Part shown: positions 8,170 through 16,684 of the stretch, piece after piece
How positions within the stretch are numbered: the first letter of the stretch is position 1
How the letters are laid out: every line of letters begins with the position of its first letter
From: Deltaproteobacteria bacterium
GTDB taxonomy: Bacteria; Desulfobacterota; GWC2-55-46; UBA9637
Direction of reading: 5' to 3'
DNA: 64,000 bases
NCBI GenBank assembly: GCA_016214995.1
Contig: JACRML010000058.1
Location: forward strand, 4,194-68,193
Notes under the pieces: generated by a model
The model's input: only the letters and a program-made list of their open reading frames with translations
Told to the model about the DNA's origin: nothing
The model's database searches: none
Program-made: the position numbers and the translations under genes

Positions 8170-9726
8170 TCAATCTATCTGCGTTACCCTCAATACCTCT
8201 TCAAGGCTTGTAACACCTGTGGCTGCCTTCTCAAGGCCATCTTCTCTTATGGTTTTCATGCCGCCGGCGACAGCGTATTCCTTTACGGTAGTTGAGTCAG
8301 GATTTTTCAACAGCAATGTCCTCAGAGACTGGTCTATTTGCATGAATTCAAATATGCCTATTCTGCCCTGATAGCCTGTCTTAAAGCATCTGCCGCACCC
8401 TCTTGCCCTCCATAATTTCTTTAAATTATATCTTTGAAGCATGGCAATTTCCTGCTCGGTTGGCGCATACTCTTCTTTGCAATCAGGGCATAATACGCGC
8501 ATAAGCCTCTGGGCAATCACAGCGGATAAAGAAGAAGACAACAAGAACGGTTCTATCCCCATGTCCACAAGTCTTGTTACCGCAGTCGGGGCATCATTTG
8601 TGTGAAGCGTTGACAGCACGAGATGGCCTGTCAGAGACGCCTGAATCGCCATCTTTGCAGTTTCCATGTCTCTTATCTCTCCAACCATGATAATGTCGGG
8701 GTCCTGTCTTAAAATGGAGCGGAGGCCGTTTGCAAAGTTTAAATTAATCTTTGGGTTTACCTGTATCTGGCCGATGCCGTTCAGCTGATACTCTATCGGA
8801 TCTTCGATAGTGATAATATTCCGCTCATTTGAGTTTATCCTGTTGAGTGCGGCGTAAAGAGTGGTGGTTTTTCCTGAACCGGTCGGGCCTGTGACAAGTA
8901 TAATTCCATGATTTTGCAGAAGCAGGGATTCAAGCACTTTAACCTGTTTGGCTTGAAGCCCTATATCTTCAAGGCCGATGAGCCCCCCTTTCCTGTCGAG
9001 GAGCCTTAAAACAGCCCTTTCTCCGAAGGCGGTCGGCACAGTGGCTACCCTGACATCAATATCCTTTCCTGCGACAAGCAATCTTATTCTGCCATCCTGC
9101 GGCAGCCTCTTTTCAGCAATATCCATATTCGCCATAATCTTTACCCTGGATATCAGCGCATCCTGTATTATCTTTGGCGGGGCAATAACCGGATAAAGTA
9201 CTCCGTCTATTCTGAAGCGGACATCTACGCGCCGTTCAAAAGGCTCAATATGTACGTCGCTTGCCTTCTCCTTTACAGCCTGAAACAAGAGCGAGTTTAA
9301 TAGTTTTATTACAGGCGCCTCATCTGTCAGGTCCAGAAGATCTTTAGGCTCTTCCCATTGTTGGGCAATGGCTTCGAGGCTTTCACCGCTTAATTCCTCC
9401 ACCACATCCTGAGCAGAACCTGAAATCCTTTCATAAAATCTGTGGATTGCGTTCAGAATCTGCTGTGGGGGCGATAGTACAGGCCATACATGGACAGAAA
9501 GCATTCTTTCAACATCATCCAGCGCAAACATATCCTTTGGAGCGGACAGGGCCACCAGCAGCCTTTTTTCCTCCATTTTTAAAGGGAATATCATGTTGGC
9601 CTTTACAAAGGGCAAGGGCAGCTTTTCTAAAAAAGCCGGGTCAACGTCGCTGTCTTCAATAGTTTCTTTGTAGGGAAGGCCGAATCTTGCCGAAATAGCG
9701 GCAATATCTATATCCGATTTGTTCAT
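8170..9726 (-). CDS. gspE: Type II secretion ATPase E
   Basis: 518 aa. It has a Walker A motif (GPTGSGKTTT), Asp/His boxes, and a tetracysteine motif (CPDC...CGRC). Confidence 0.92.
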   Translation of the reverse strand: MNKSDIDIAAISARFGLPYKETIEDSDVDPAFLEKLPLPFVKANMIFPLKMEEKRLLVALSAPKDMFALDDVERMLSVHVWPVLSPPQQILNAIHRFYERISGSAQDVVEELSGESLEAIAQQWEEPKDLLDLTDEAPVIKLLNSLLFQAVKEKASDVHIEPFERRVDVRFRIDGVLYPVIAPPKIIQDALISRVKIMANMDIAEKRLPQDGRIRLLVAGKDIDVRVATVPTAFGERAVLRLLDRKGGLIGLEDIGLQAKQVKVLESLLLQNHGIILVTGPTGSGKTTTLYAALNRINSNERNIITIEDPIEYQLNGIGQIQVNPKINLNFANGLRSILRQDPDIIMVGEIRDMETAKMAIQASLTGHLVLSTLHTNDAPTAVTRLVDMGIEPFLLSSSLSAVIAQRLMRVLCPDCKEEYAPTEQEIAMLQRYNLKKLWRARGCGRCFKTGYQGRIGIFEFMQIDQSLRTLLLKNPDSTTVKEYAVAGGMKTIREDGLEKAATGVTSLEEVLRVTQID

Positions 9727-9729
9727 TTG

Positions 9730-11751
9730 TCAGGTTCCGGGGTTCTCGTTTGGTTTGTCTGGAGCATCGCCGTTTTTATCACCGGTCTCTTCCTTTTTTT
9801 CCGGAGGGGCGTCCTTAAATATTTTTTCCCTTTCATTTTTTAAGTCGTCAAGACCGCCGAAATCATTTACTATAGTCGGCGTCAGATAAATAAGGAGATT
9901 TGTCTTTTGCTTATTCGTTGAAGAATATTTAAAGAGCCATCCGAGAAGCGGAATATCTCCAAGAAGAGGCACCTTTGTCACACTCTTTATCTCCTTATCC
10001 TGTATAAGCCCGCCAATAACTATAGTCTGCCTGTTCCTTACAACCACAGATGTCTTTGCGGACCGTTTTGTAGTTATGGCAAGGCCTTCGCTTGCAGTGG
10101 TCGGGGCAACGGCGGATATCTCCTGATAGATGTCTAATTTAACATAGTCTCCAGCGCTTACCTGCGGCTTGATTCTAAGTGTAATACCGATGTCTTTTCT
10201 TTCTATGGATTGGAGAATTGGCTGATTTGTTGTAGTGGCCTCTCTTTCGAGCTTGCTTAAAAATGGCACATTCTCACCGACTACAATCTCCGCTTCTTTA
10301 TTATCGCTTGTCAGTATATGAGGCGTGGAAAGGACATTTATAGTATCCCTGAATTCAGAAAGGCCAAAGAGTGCGGCAAAACCAGGAGCGGTCAGGTTAA
10401 AGCTGGAACCGTCCGGTCTTGTTACAGGCACCGAAATAAAATTGCCAACACCTCCGATGGTCAGGCCTGCCATGCCGCTTATTATCTTCTGGATGGATGA
10501 TGAATCAACAGTCCCCACACCGCCGATTGCTACCGGTTCACCCTTTTGGGTAGCGGAGACCCGCCACTTGACGCCAAGATCAATGGCCTTGTTTATGGAT
10601 ACCTCTGTTATCATTGCCTCCACAAAAACCTGCCTTGGCCGCATGTCAAGTTTTTTGATAATCTGCACAAGATTTTGATAATCCGCCGGCGAAGCCATAA
10701 TAATCAGCGAATTTGTCGCCTTGTCCGGAGTTATACTTATCCTGCCGCTAAATTCAGATGATGCCTGCTGTCCCGGAGGAGTTACGGGGGGGGCGCCGGG
10801 GCCAGTGGTTTGTCTGGTAATACCTTCCAAAACCTTAGAGGTATCGGTTGCATCGGCATTTTCCAGGTAATACACATTAATCCTTGAGCTTGTTTCAGGC
10901 GGAGGAACATCCAGAAGGGATATGAACCTTTTATATTCTTCCTTTTCATCCGGTGAACCAAAGAGGATAATGGCATTTAACCTTGTATCAGTTACGAATC
11001 TCAAGCTATCCTGGCCTGCCTGCGGCGCTGCTCCTGTTTTTGGTTGAACCCACTTCTTTCCAATTCCTTGTTTTAATATATGAGACAATGTTTCCACCTG
11101 GGCGTATTTCAGATATATTATCTCATGAGGATAGGTTATCTGCTCTACATCCATAAGTTTTACAATATCCAGAATCTTTTCAATATTCTGCATAGTGTCA
11201 AGGATGAGAATCGCATTTCCTGAGCCAAAGGCTGATAAATAGCCGTCTCTGGACACTAATGGTTGGAGGATTGGCAGTACCTCCTGAATCGGGATGAATG
11301 CAAGGGTGATGAGCCTTGCAATATATGATTCATTAACAACAGGTTTTTCCCTGTCTTTAAATACCCCTATGGAACTTTGCTTGACCATTGAAGATGGGAT
11401 GATTTTGTAGGCTGCGCCGGTTTCTATAACAGTAAAACCCTTTAACTCCAGAACAGAGGTAAAGAGATTAAATGCCTCTTCTATGCTGAACTTGGAAGGG
11501 GCGACTACGGTAATCTTCCCTCTAATGCGCTCATCATATATGAAGTTCTTGCCTGTTATCTCGCTTATGAATCTTATAACGGTGGGTAATTCCACATCCA
11601 CAAAGTTCAGGGTGATGTCCTCCTCTTTTTTCTGTTTCGCTGAGCCTTTGTCTTCGGTATGCGCTAAAACAGGTGTGAGGATATATGGAAGGATGAGGAG
11701 GCAATATAAAAACAGATAAATGGATTTTCTTTTTAACGCAGTTTTATTCAT
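9730..11751 (-). CDS. gspD: Type II secretion secretin D
   Basis: 673 aa. It has a signal peptide, N0-N3-type repeats, and a C-terminal secretin domain (VPLLGDIPLLGWLFKY). Confidence 0.9.
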   Translation of the reverse strand: MNKTALKRKSIYLFLYCLLILPYILTPVLAHTEDKGSAKQKKEEDITLNFVDVELPTVIRFISEITGKNFIYDERIRGKITVVAPSKFSIEEAFNLFTSVLELKGFTVIETGAAYKIIPSSMVKQSSIGVFKDREKPVVNESYIARLITLAFIPIQEVLPILQPLVSRDGYLSAFGSGNAILILDTMQNIEKILDIVKLMDVEQITYPHEIIYLKYAQVETLSHILKQGIGKKWVQPKTGAAPQAGQDSLRFVTDTRLNAIILFGSPDEKEEYKRFISLLDVPPPETSSRINVYYLENADATDTSKVLEGITRQTTGPGAPPVTPPGQQASSEFSGRISITPDKATNSLIIMASPADYQNLVQIIKKLDMRPRQVFVEAMITEVSINKAIDLGVKWRVSATQKGEPVAIGGVGTVDSSSIQKIISGMAGLTIGGVGNFISVPVTRPDGSSFNLTAPGFAALFGLSEFRDTINVLSTPHILTSDNKEAEIVVGENVPFLSKLEREATTTNQPILQSIERKDIGITLRIKPQVSAGDYVKLDIYQEISAVAPTTASEGLAITTKRSAKTSVVVRNRQTIVIGGLIQDKEIKSVTKVPLLGDIPLLGWLFKYSSTNKQKTNLLIYLTPTIVNDFGGLDDLKNEREKIFKDAPPEKKEETGDKNGDAPDKPNENPGT

Positions 11752-11773
11752 TGTCTGTCACCAAAATTTCAAG

Positions 11774-12685
11774 CTACCTGATTTGATATTTCATATTCAT
11801 CTTCTGGCCACCCCTTATGATATCCAGAGATATGCTGGATTCTCCCTTAAGGCCTGTCAGAAGCTGTACTCCCTTTTCAGGAGAGTCTATCTTATAATTA
11901 TTCACGCTCAAAAGGATATCACCATTTTTCAATCCAATAAGATTGAATACCCCTTCCGGCTTAATTTCACTAACGCGGAAACCAACAATTTTATCGCCTT
12001 CTTTATAAGGCAAAAGCCTGCCGTCGGTCAATATCTTGCTCATATCCTCCAGGGTTTTAGAGAGCGCCCTCTGGTCAATAAGCCATTCCTTTTCACTAAT
12101 CTTTTGAGATATTACAGGAGTCTGGCTTGCTTGATTAGGCAAAATACTATCTGTGGTTTTGCGCCCACCGTCAACAGCTTCAAGGGGCATGCTGAAAGAT
12201 ATCTTTCTGGCATCTGCAAGGATGTACGCCTTGTCTTTCTCAACCTCTTTTAAAATACCGATGTCAAATACCGGCGCATTTTTCTTAAATACCTCTTGTC
12301 TCTTTGAGCCTATTTCTTCAAATATTGCATAACTTTTTCCAAGCTGTGAAACAACTGTTCCAATAAGTGCAATTGTCCGTTCCGCAGAATTTTCCTGAGA
12401 AGGAAGAACATCTTTAGATGTCGATGTATCCAAAAAGCTAAATTTATCGGCAGGGGCAAACAGCCCGTTTTCTACTATAGGGGCATAATCGTTAAACTCC
12501 CTTTTAGGTTTAATCTCTGAACCTGTCCGGGTGTTTTTTTGCAATTCTGCTTTCTGCAGAACCGCATAGCGGGTAGTTAGATAGTTGCTGGCTAAGGACG
12601 CCAAGGAAAATAGAATACCAAGGAACAACAGCAGGTTAAGAATATTTATTGATTTTACATTCACACTTTTCACAAGAATACGCAA
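11774..12685 (-). CDS. gspC: Type II secretion protein C-like (TM helix plus C-terminal PDZ)
   Basis: 303 aa. It has an N-terminal TM helix and a C-terminal PDZ-like segment (GFRVSEIKPEGVFNLIGLKNGDILLSVNN). It is the first gene of the gsp operon. Confidence 0.6.
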   Translation of the reverse strand: MRILVKSVNVKSINILNLLLFLGILFSLASLASNYLTTRYAVLQKAELQKNTRTGSEIKPKREFNDYAPIVENGLFAPADKFSFLDTSTSKDVLPSQENSAERTIALIGTVVSQLGKSYAIFEEIGSKRQEVFKKNAPVFDIGILKEVEKDKAYILADARKISFSMPLEAVDGGRKTTDSILPNQASQTPVISQKISEKEWLIDQRALSKTLEDMSKILTDGRLLPYKEGDKIVGFRVSEIKPEGVFNLIGLKNGDILLSVNNYKIDSPEKGVQLLTGLKGESSISLDIIRGGQKMNMKYQIR

Positions 12686-12755
12686 TGATTGAAACGGCTC
12701 TATTTAAGTATAAAAGATACTATAAAATGGCATAGAAGGCAAATAGAAAGATTAA

Positions 12756-13006
12756 CCCCAAAATAGACATTGACTTTGGGGGAAACTGCCCCCGATTGAT
12801 TCTATCGGGGGCTGCCAGACGAGGCAGAGGCCATTTTTGCTACGAGCCGTATGACACCTATACGGTGAGGAGCAAAAATTGGCCGATAATTAAGTCGGGG
12901 CACCCAAGCAAAGCTTGGGGCGGGCAAATCGGCTGGCTCCATTTGCTGCGAAGCAATTGCAAGTGGAAGATTTAAAATAGCGAGGTTTTTAATCGCTATT
13001 TTACGG
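12756..13006 (+). repeat. Mosaic multi-hairpin repeat, copy A
   Basis: It shares its terminal modules with copies at 23818, 36792 and 28205(rc). These are CCCAAAA(T)AGAC..TTTGGGG, then AGCAAAAATTGGCCGATAA, then AAATCGGCTGGCTCCA, then the hairpin CCAyTTGC..GCAAGTGG, then the hairpin AAAATAGCGAG..TCGCTATTTTACGG. The internal modules differ between copies. Confidence 0.9.
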
Positions 13007-13019
13007 ATTAATCTTTATT

Positions 13020-13048
13020 TTGACAATGCGCTTATTTTGTATTATAGA
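13020..13048 (+). promoter_or_regulatory. Putative sigma-70 promoter
   Basis: TTGACA (13020-13025), a 17-nt spacer, then TATAGA (13043-13048). It lies 54 nt upstream of the ATG at 13102. Confidence 0.3.
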
Positions 13049-13101
13049 TACCTGTAAATTGTCTATACGTCGTAAGACGTATGCCAAGGGGAGTTGATTG
13101 A

Positions 13102-13905
13102 ATGCAGAAAACCCTTTTTGCCCTTTATATGCTTTTCCTATCGCTGTCATTCATTACGGCTTGCGGAAAGGATGGTTCTCATAAGGAAAAAATCGCCTCG
13201 GTTAATGATACCACAATATCTCTGGAGGAATTTCAAAAAGAGGTCTCCATACTCTCCAGGAGAAACCCCACCCTTAAGATAACACCCAATGCACTTGAAG
13301 AACATCTCAACGCCGTCATTGACAAAAAACTTTTGCTGCAGGAGGCAAGAAAACAAGGATTGACAGAGAACCCGCGGTTTGCAGAAACAATAAAAACATT
13401 CTGGGAACAGACCCTGATAAAAGAGCTTATAGACTTAAAAACCAGAGAGTGGGCGGGCAGGCTTTTCGCAACAGAAGAGGAGGTCAATAAACATTATCAA
13501 AGAATGCAGTATATGCCGACGGTAAGATTGGCAAAGGCAAAAAACAAGGAGCAGGCCGTGGCAATAAAGGAGAAGATGCTGAAAAAGCTACCAGTTGCCG
13601 GAGAAGATACAGTAGGGCCGTTGTTTATTGAAGATGTTGGGTCGAGTGCACTTCTTAATGCGTTTGACATGGATGCCGGAGAAATAATGGCATATGAAAC
13701 TGACGGCGGGTATATTGTCATATCTGTTGTAAAAAGCGAAAAGACCGAGCTCCCCACGCTTAAAGAGAGTTATGACCATATCAAGGAATATATCGTTGAA
13801 CAAAAAAAGCAGGGCATTTTGGAAGAATGGCTGAAGAATGTTAAAGGCGCTGCCAAAATACAAATCAATGCCGGTATGTTGAAAGGGCTTGCCAATGAGC
13901 AATAA
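13102..13905 (+). CDS. SurA/PrsA-like chaperone lipoprotein (SurA N-terminal-like region, degenerate parvulin part)
   Basis: It has a signal peptide with lipobox LSFITAC. It also has the helical chaperone-like motif VIDKKLLLQEARKQGL. Confidence 0.5.
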   Translation: MQKTLFALYMLFLSLSFITACGKDGSHKEKIASVNDTTISLEEFQKEVSILSRRNPTLKITPNALEEHLNAVIDKKLLLQEARKQGLTENPRFAETIKTFWEQTLIKELIDLKTREWAGRLFATEEEVNKHYQRMQYMPTVRLAKAKNKEQAVAIKEKMLKKLPVAGEDTVGPLFIEDVGSSALLNAFDMDAGEIMAYETDGGYIVISVVKSEKTELPTLKESYDHIKEYIVEQKKQGILEEWLKNVKGAAKIQINAGMLKGLANEQ

Positions 13906-14518
13906 AAAAGCCTTCAGACGCAGAAACTATTTTATTAAAAAGAAATTCCAGTTGGATTTCTCTGCCAAATTTCTCGTAATTATAGTCATAGAGGCTGTTT
14001 TGGCAATCGGACTTTTTCTGTATCTGTCAAAAGGCACTTTGACAACCGGCTACTCTGGCTCAGAGCTTAAGGTGGCCAGCACATATAATTTTTTCCTCCC
14101 CATGCTGCTTTTCTCAAATATCATAATAGTCGGCGTAACCGCCATTGCAGGCATAGTTGTCCTTGTATTTTTATCGCACAGGATAGCCGGGCCGTTATAC
14201 CGCTTTGAAAATGTTTTAAGCGAAATCGGCAGCGGCAACCTGACCTACAGATTCAAATTAAGAGAAACAGACCAGTTTGTGGAATTGGAGAACAGCATAA
14301 ATGTACTGGCCACTGCTATTGATAAAAACATGGGCGGGGTAAAATACAGGGTTGCTGAAATTTCAAGGTTTCTTGCTGAGATAAAAACTGCCGCCGCCCA
14401 AAATCCCAATGCACCTTCTAACAAAGAACTGGACCGCCTCTTACAGGAGACAGCTAAAAAACTTCTTGAACTTGAGGAGGCTGTAAATTATTTCAAAACC
14501 TCAGGCCGTGAGAGTTGA
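13889..14518 (+). CDS. Two-TM HAMP-domain membrane protein
   Basis: Two TM helices are followed by a HAMP-like segment (HRIAGPLYRFENVLSEIGSGNLTYRFKLRETDQFVELENSINVLA). It overlaps the upstream gene by 17 nt. The ATG at 13895 is an alternative start. Confidence 0.55.
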   Translation: MPMSNKKAFRRRNYFIKKKFQLDFSAKFLVIIVIEAVLAIGLFLYLSKGTLTTGYSGSELKVASTYNFFLPMLLFSNIIIVGVTAIAGIVVLVFLSHRIAGPLYRFENVLSEIGSGNLTYRFKLRETDQFVELENSINVLATAIDKNMGGVKYRVAEISRFLAEIKTAAAQNPNAPSNKELDRLLQETAKKLLELEEAVNYFKTSGRES

Positions 14519-14537
14519 GGATTTAAGGAGCGCAAAG

Positions 14538-15119
14538 TTGAGGAGCTTATCTTTTATCTCCACCCTCTGTCTCCACTCTCTTTTTTTTATTCTTTTCATC
14601 GCCTCCTGCCCGCCTTACCTTGCCGCACAAGACTTGCCCTCTGCACAAACAGGGGAGTGGGCAAATCCATACAACACGCAATATGCGAGCATATACTATT
14701 TAAACGACAGTGACCTCAACACCTTTACCCGAAGTATCGGCAAAGGATTTACATTTTTCGGCGAGAGCCAGGAAAAGAATCCTATGCTGGCAAAAAACAG
14801 GGTTGATGCTATTGTTGAAAGGGTAAGACGTCTCCTTGATATGTATCCGCCAAATCTTCATTTTAAGGTATATATTTATCCCACTTACAGGGAATTAGGA
14901 TTAAAATATCTCGGTACAGGCAATTTTGGAAAATCCCCCATAGCGTTTTACAATCACAAAACTGCGGCTATCTATATTTCGCTACCTGACATCACCGGCG
15001 GCGTCTTAGCTCATGAAATAGCCCATACTGTGATAAATTTCTTCTTTGCTGTGCCGCCGCCCACAGCCATGCAGGAGATACTTGCGCAATATGTAGACAG
15101 GCACTTGTGGGAAGAATAG
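14538..15119 (+). CDS. Putative zinc-metallopeptidase-like lipoprotein (HExxH)
   Basis: It has an HEIAH motif (GGVLAHEIAHTVINF). I place the start at TTG 14538, with AAGGAG 7 nt upstream, giving MRSLSFISTLCLHSLFFILFIASC with lipobox IASC. The ORF is open to a GTG at 14508. Confidence 0.45.
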   Translation: MRSLSFISTLCLHSLFFILFIASCPPYLAAQDLPSAQTGEWANPYNTQYASIYYLNDSDLNTFTRSIGKGFTFFGESQEKNPMLAKNRVDAIVERVRRLLDMYPPNLHFKVYIYPTYRELGLKYLGTGNFGKSPIAFYNHKTAAIYISLPDITGGVLAHEIAHTVINFFFAVPPPTAMQEILAQYVDRHLWEE

Positions 15120-15217
15120 GGAATTATAGCTAATAGCTGTTAGCTCATGGCAACTGTAATACATAACTCCTGCTGTAAAAAGGCGATTAAAAACCTATTT
15201 TTGGAATGGAATAACGA

Positions 15218-15940
15218 ATGATTTATAAGGCCATTCAAACACTCTTTTGGAAAGCCTATTTGCTCAAGGATGCTGTTTTTAAAAAAAGGCTTTACACTGA
15301 GCTAAAAAACATAACAAAATCCCTTGAAGAGGATATATTTACGAAACTTCAAACAAAGGGAATTGCAGAAGCCTCTATTGAAATAACCGGGACAGCGCTA
15401 AATATTAATCAAGATACCCGCGAAAAGCGGGGGGTGGAATATTCTATCCCTGCCTCCCAAAACGTAATAGAATTTTTCAAGGCATTGGATATATCAAAAA
15501 TAGAGATGGATGTAATTCTTGAATCCAATCATATAATGGATATCTTTAGAGACATATATGCAATGAGAAAAGAAACCTCCATTCTAACCGACGGCTATAA
15601 GGCATATTGCGCCATAACCAATTTTTTTCCGGATTCAGGCCTCCTATCAATTAAATATAACTACTGCGAGCTTGACTATTCAAAGGCAGTAAGGGGTATT
15701 AAAGAAAAAGGCAGGCTTAAGGACCACAGGGTGTTTTTCCAGAAAGCACTCCCCTACAGCATCACCGTAGGTTTGGTCGTTATGATGTTAGGGCTGGCAT
15801 ATCCATATATCCCAAGGCAGTTATCCATAGCCCTGTCAATCCTGATAGGACTCGGGGCAGGAATCGTCACCTTTCTGATATTTCAGGTATTGGGTTCTCT
15901 GGAATATGACAAAGAGTATCTGGAAAAGAGATTAAAATAG
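15218..15940 (+). CDS. Hypothetical membrane protein (soluble N-domain plus two C-terminal TM helices)
   Basis: 240-aa ORF with no recognisable motif. TM helices are ITVGLVVMMLGLAYPYI and ALSILIGLGAGIVTFLIFQVLG. Confidence 0.4.
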   Translation: MIYKAIQTLFWKAYLLKDAVFKKRLYTELKNITKSLEEDIFTKLQTKGIAEASIEITGTALNINQDTREKRGVEYSIPASQNVIEFFKALDISKIEMDVILESNHIMDIFRDIYAMRKETSILTDGYKAYCAITNFFPDSGLLSIKYNYCELDYSKAVRGIKEKGRLKDHRVFFQKALPYSITVGLVVMMLGLAYPYIPRQLSIALSILIGLGAGIVTFLIFQVLGSLEYDKEYLEKRLK

Positions 15941-16684
15941 GGACACATCCCTTTTATTCTTGACATCAAGATAAGCCAATGTTATGAAAGTTGCCATGCC
16001 AAGGATAGCAAGAATAGTAGGCTTAGGATACCCACATCATGTAATACAACGCGGGAATAACAGAGAAAAGGCCTTTCTTGACGATGAAGATTTTAAGAAG
16101 TATCTCTCCCTGCTTGAAAAATACTTATCTAATAAGGAAGTTGTATTGCAGGGTTACTGCCTCATGACTAACCACGTTCATTTGCTTTTGAAACCCCTCA
16201 AAGAACAATCGTTATACAAGATGATACAGGGGATAACCCTTTGCTACACGCAGTATTTTAACAAAAAATACAGCCGAACTGGTCGTTTGTGGGAATGCAG
16301 ATACCATTCCTGCATAGTTGATGCAGAACGGTATTTATGGGCAGTAAGCCGGTATATAGAAAGAAATCCAGTAAGGGCAAAAATGGTTGAAAACCCAGAA
16401 GACTACTGCTATTCCAGCGCAAGGTCACACATTTTGGGAGAAGCAAATCAATTAGTTGGAGAACCGTTGTTTGGTGAAAGAGAGTTATCTCAATATAAGT
16501 TATTTGTCAAACGTAAGGAAAAAGAAGAAGAACTGGAAGATATAAGAAAAAAAACAAGGTTAGGAAAGCCCCTTGGAGGTGAAACATTTTTAAGATTACT
16601 TTCAGAAAAATTAGGTCGAACACTTACATTTAGGCCAAAGGGCAGGCCAGCAAAAAAAGAGGGTGGTTAATGGGATGTGTCCCT
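15939..16684 (+). mobile_element. RAYT (IS200/IS605-superfamily Y1 transposase) unit bounded by 13-bp inverted mini-hairpins
   Basis: AGGGACACATCCC at 15939-15951 has its exact reverse complement, GGGATGTGTCCCT, at 16672-16684. Each can fold as a GGGA-CACA-TCCC hairpin. Confidence 0.7.
15984..16670 (+). CDS. REP-associated tyrosine transposase (RAYT / TnpA-REP)
   Basis: It has the HUH motif in MTNHVHLLLKP and a catalytic-Tyr region (SRYIERNPVRAKMV). N-terminal IQRGNNRE and a size of 228 aa fit RAYT. Confidence 0.8.
   Translation: MKVAMPRIARIVGLGYPHHVIQRGNNREKAFLDDEDFKKYLSLLEKYLSNKEVVLQGYCLMTNHVHLLLKPLKEQSLYKMIQGITLCYTQYFNKKYSRTGRLWECRYHSCIVDAERYLWAVSRYIERNPVRAKMVENPEDYCYSSARSHILGEANQLVGEPLFGERELSQYKLFVKRKEKEEELEDIRKKTRLGKPLGGETFLRLLSEKLGRTLTFRPKGRPAKKEGG

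Noticed and set aside
11720-12253. 177-aa plus-strand ORF
   Set aside because: It lies entirely antisense to gspC, whose PDZ region is coherent. It is low-complexity, F/L/I-rich shadow translation.
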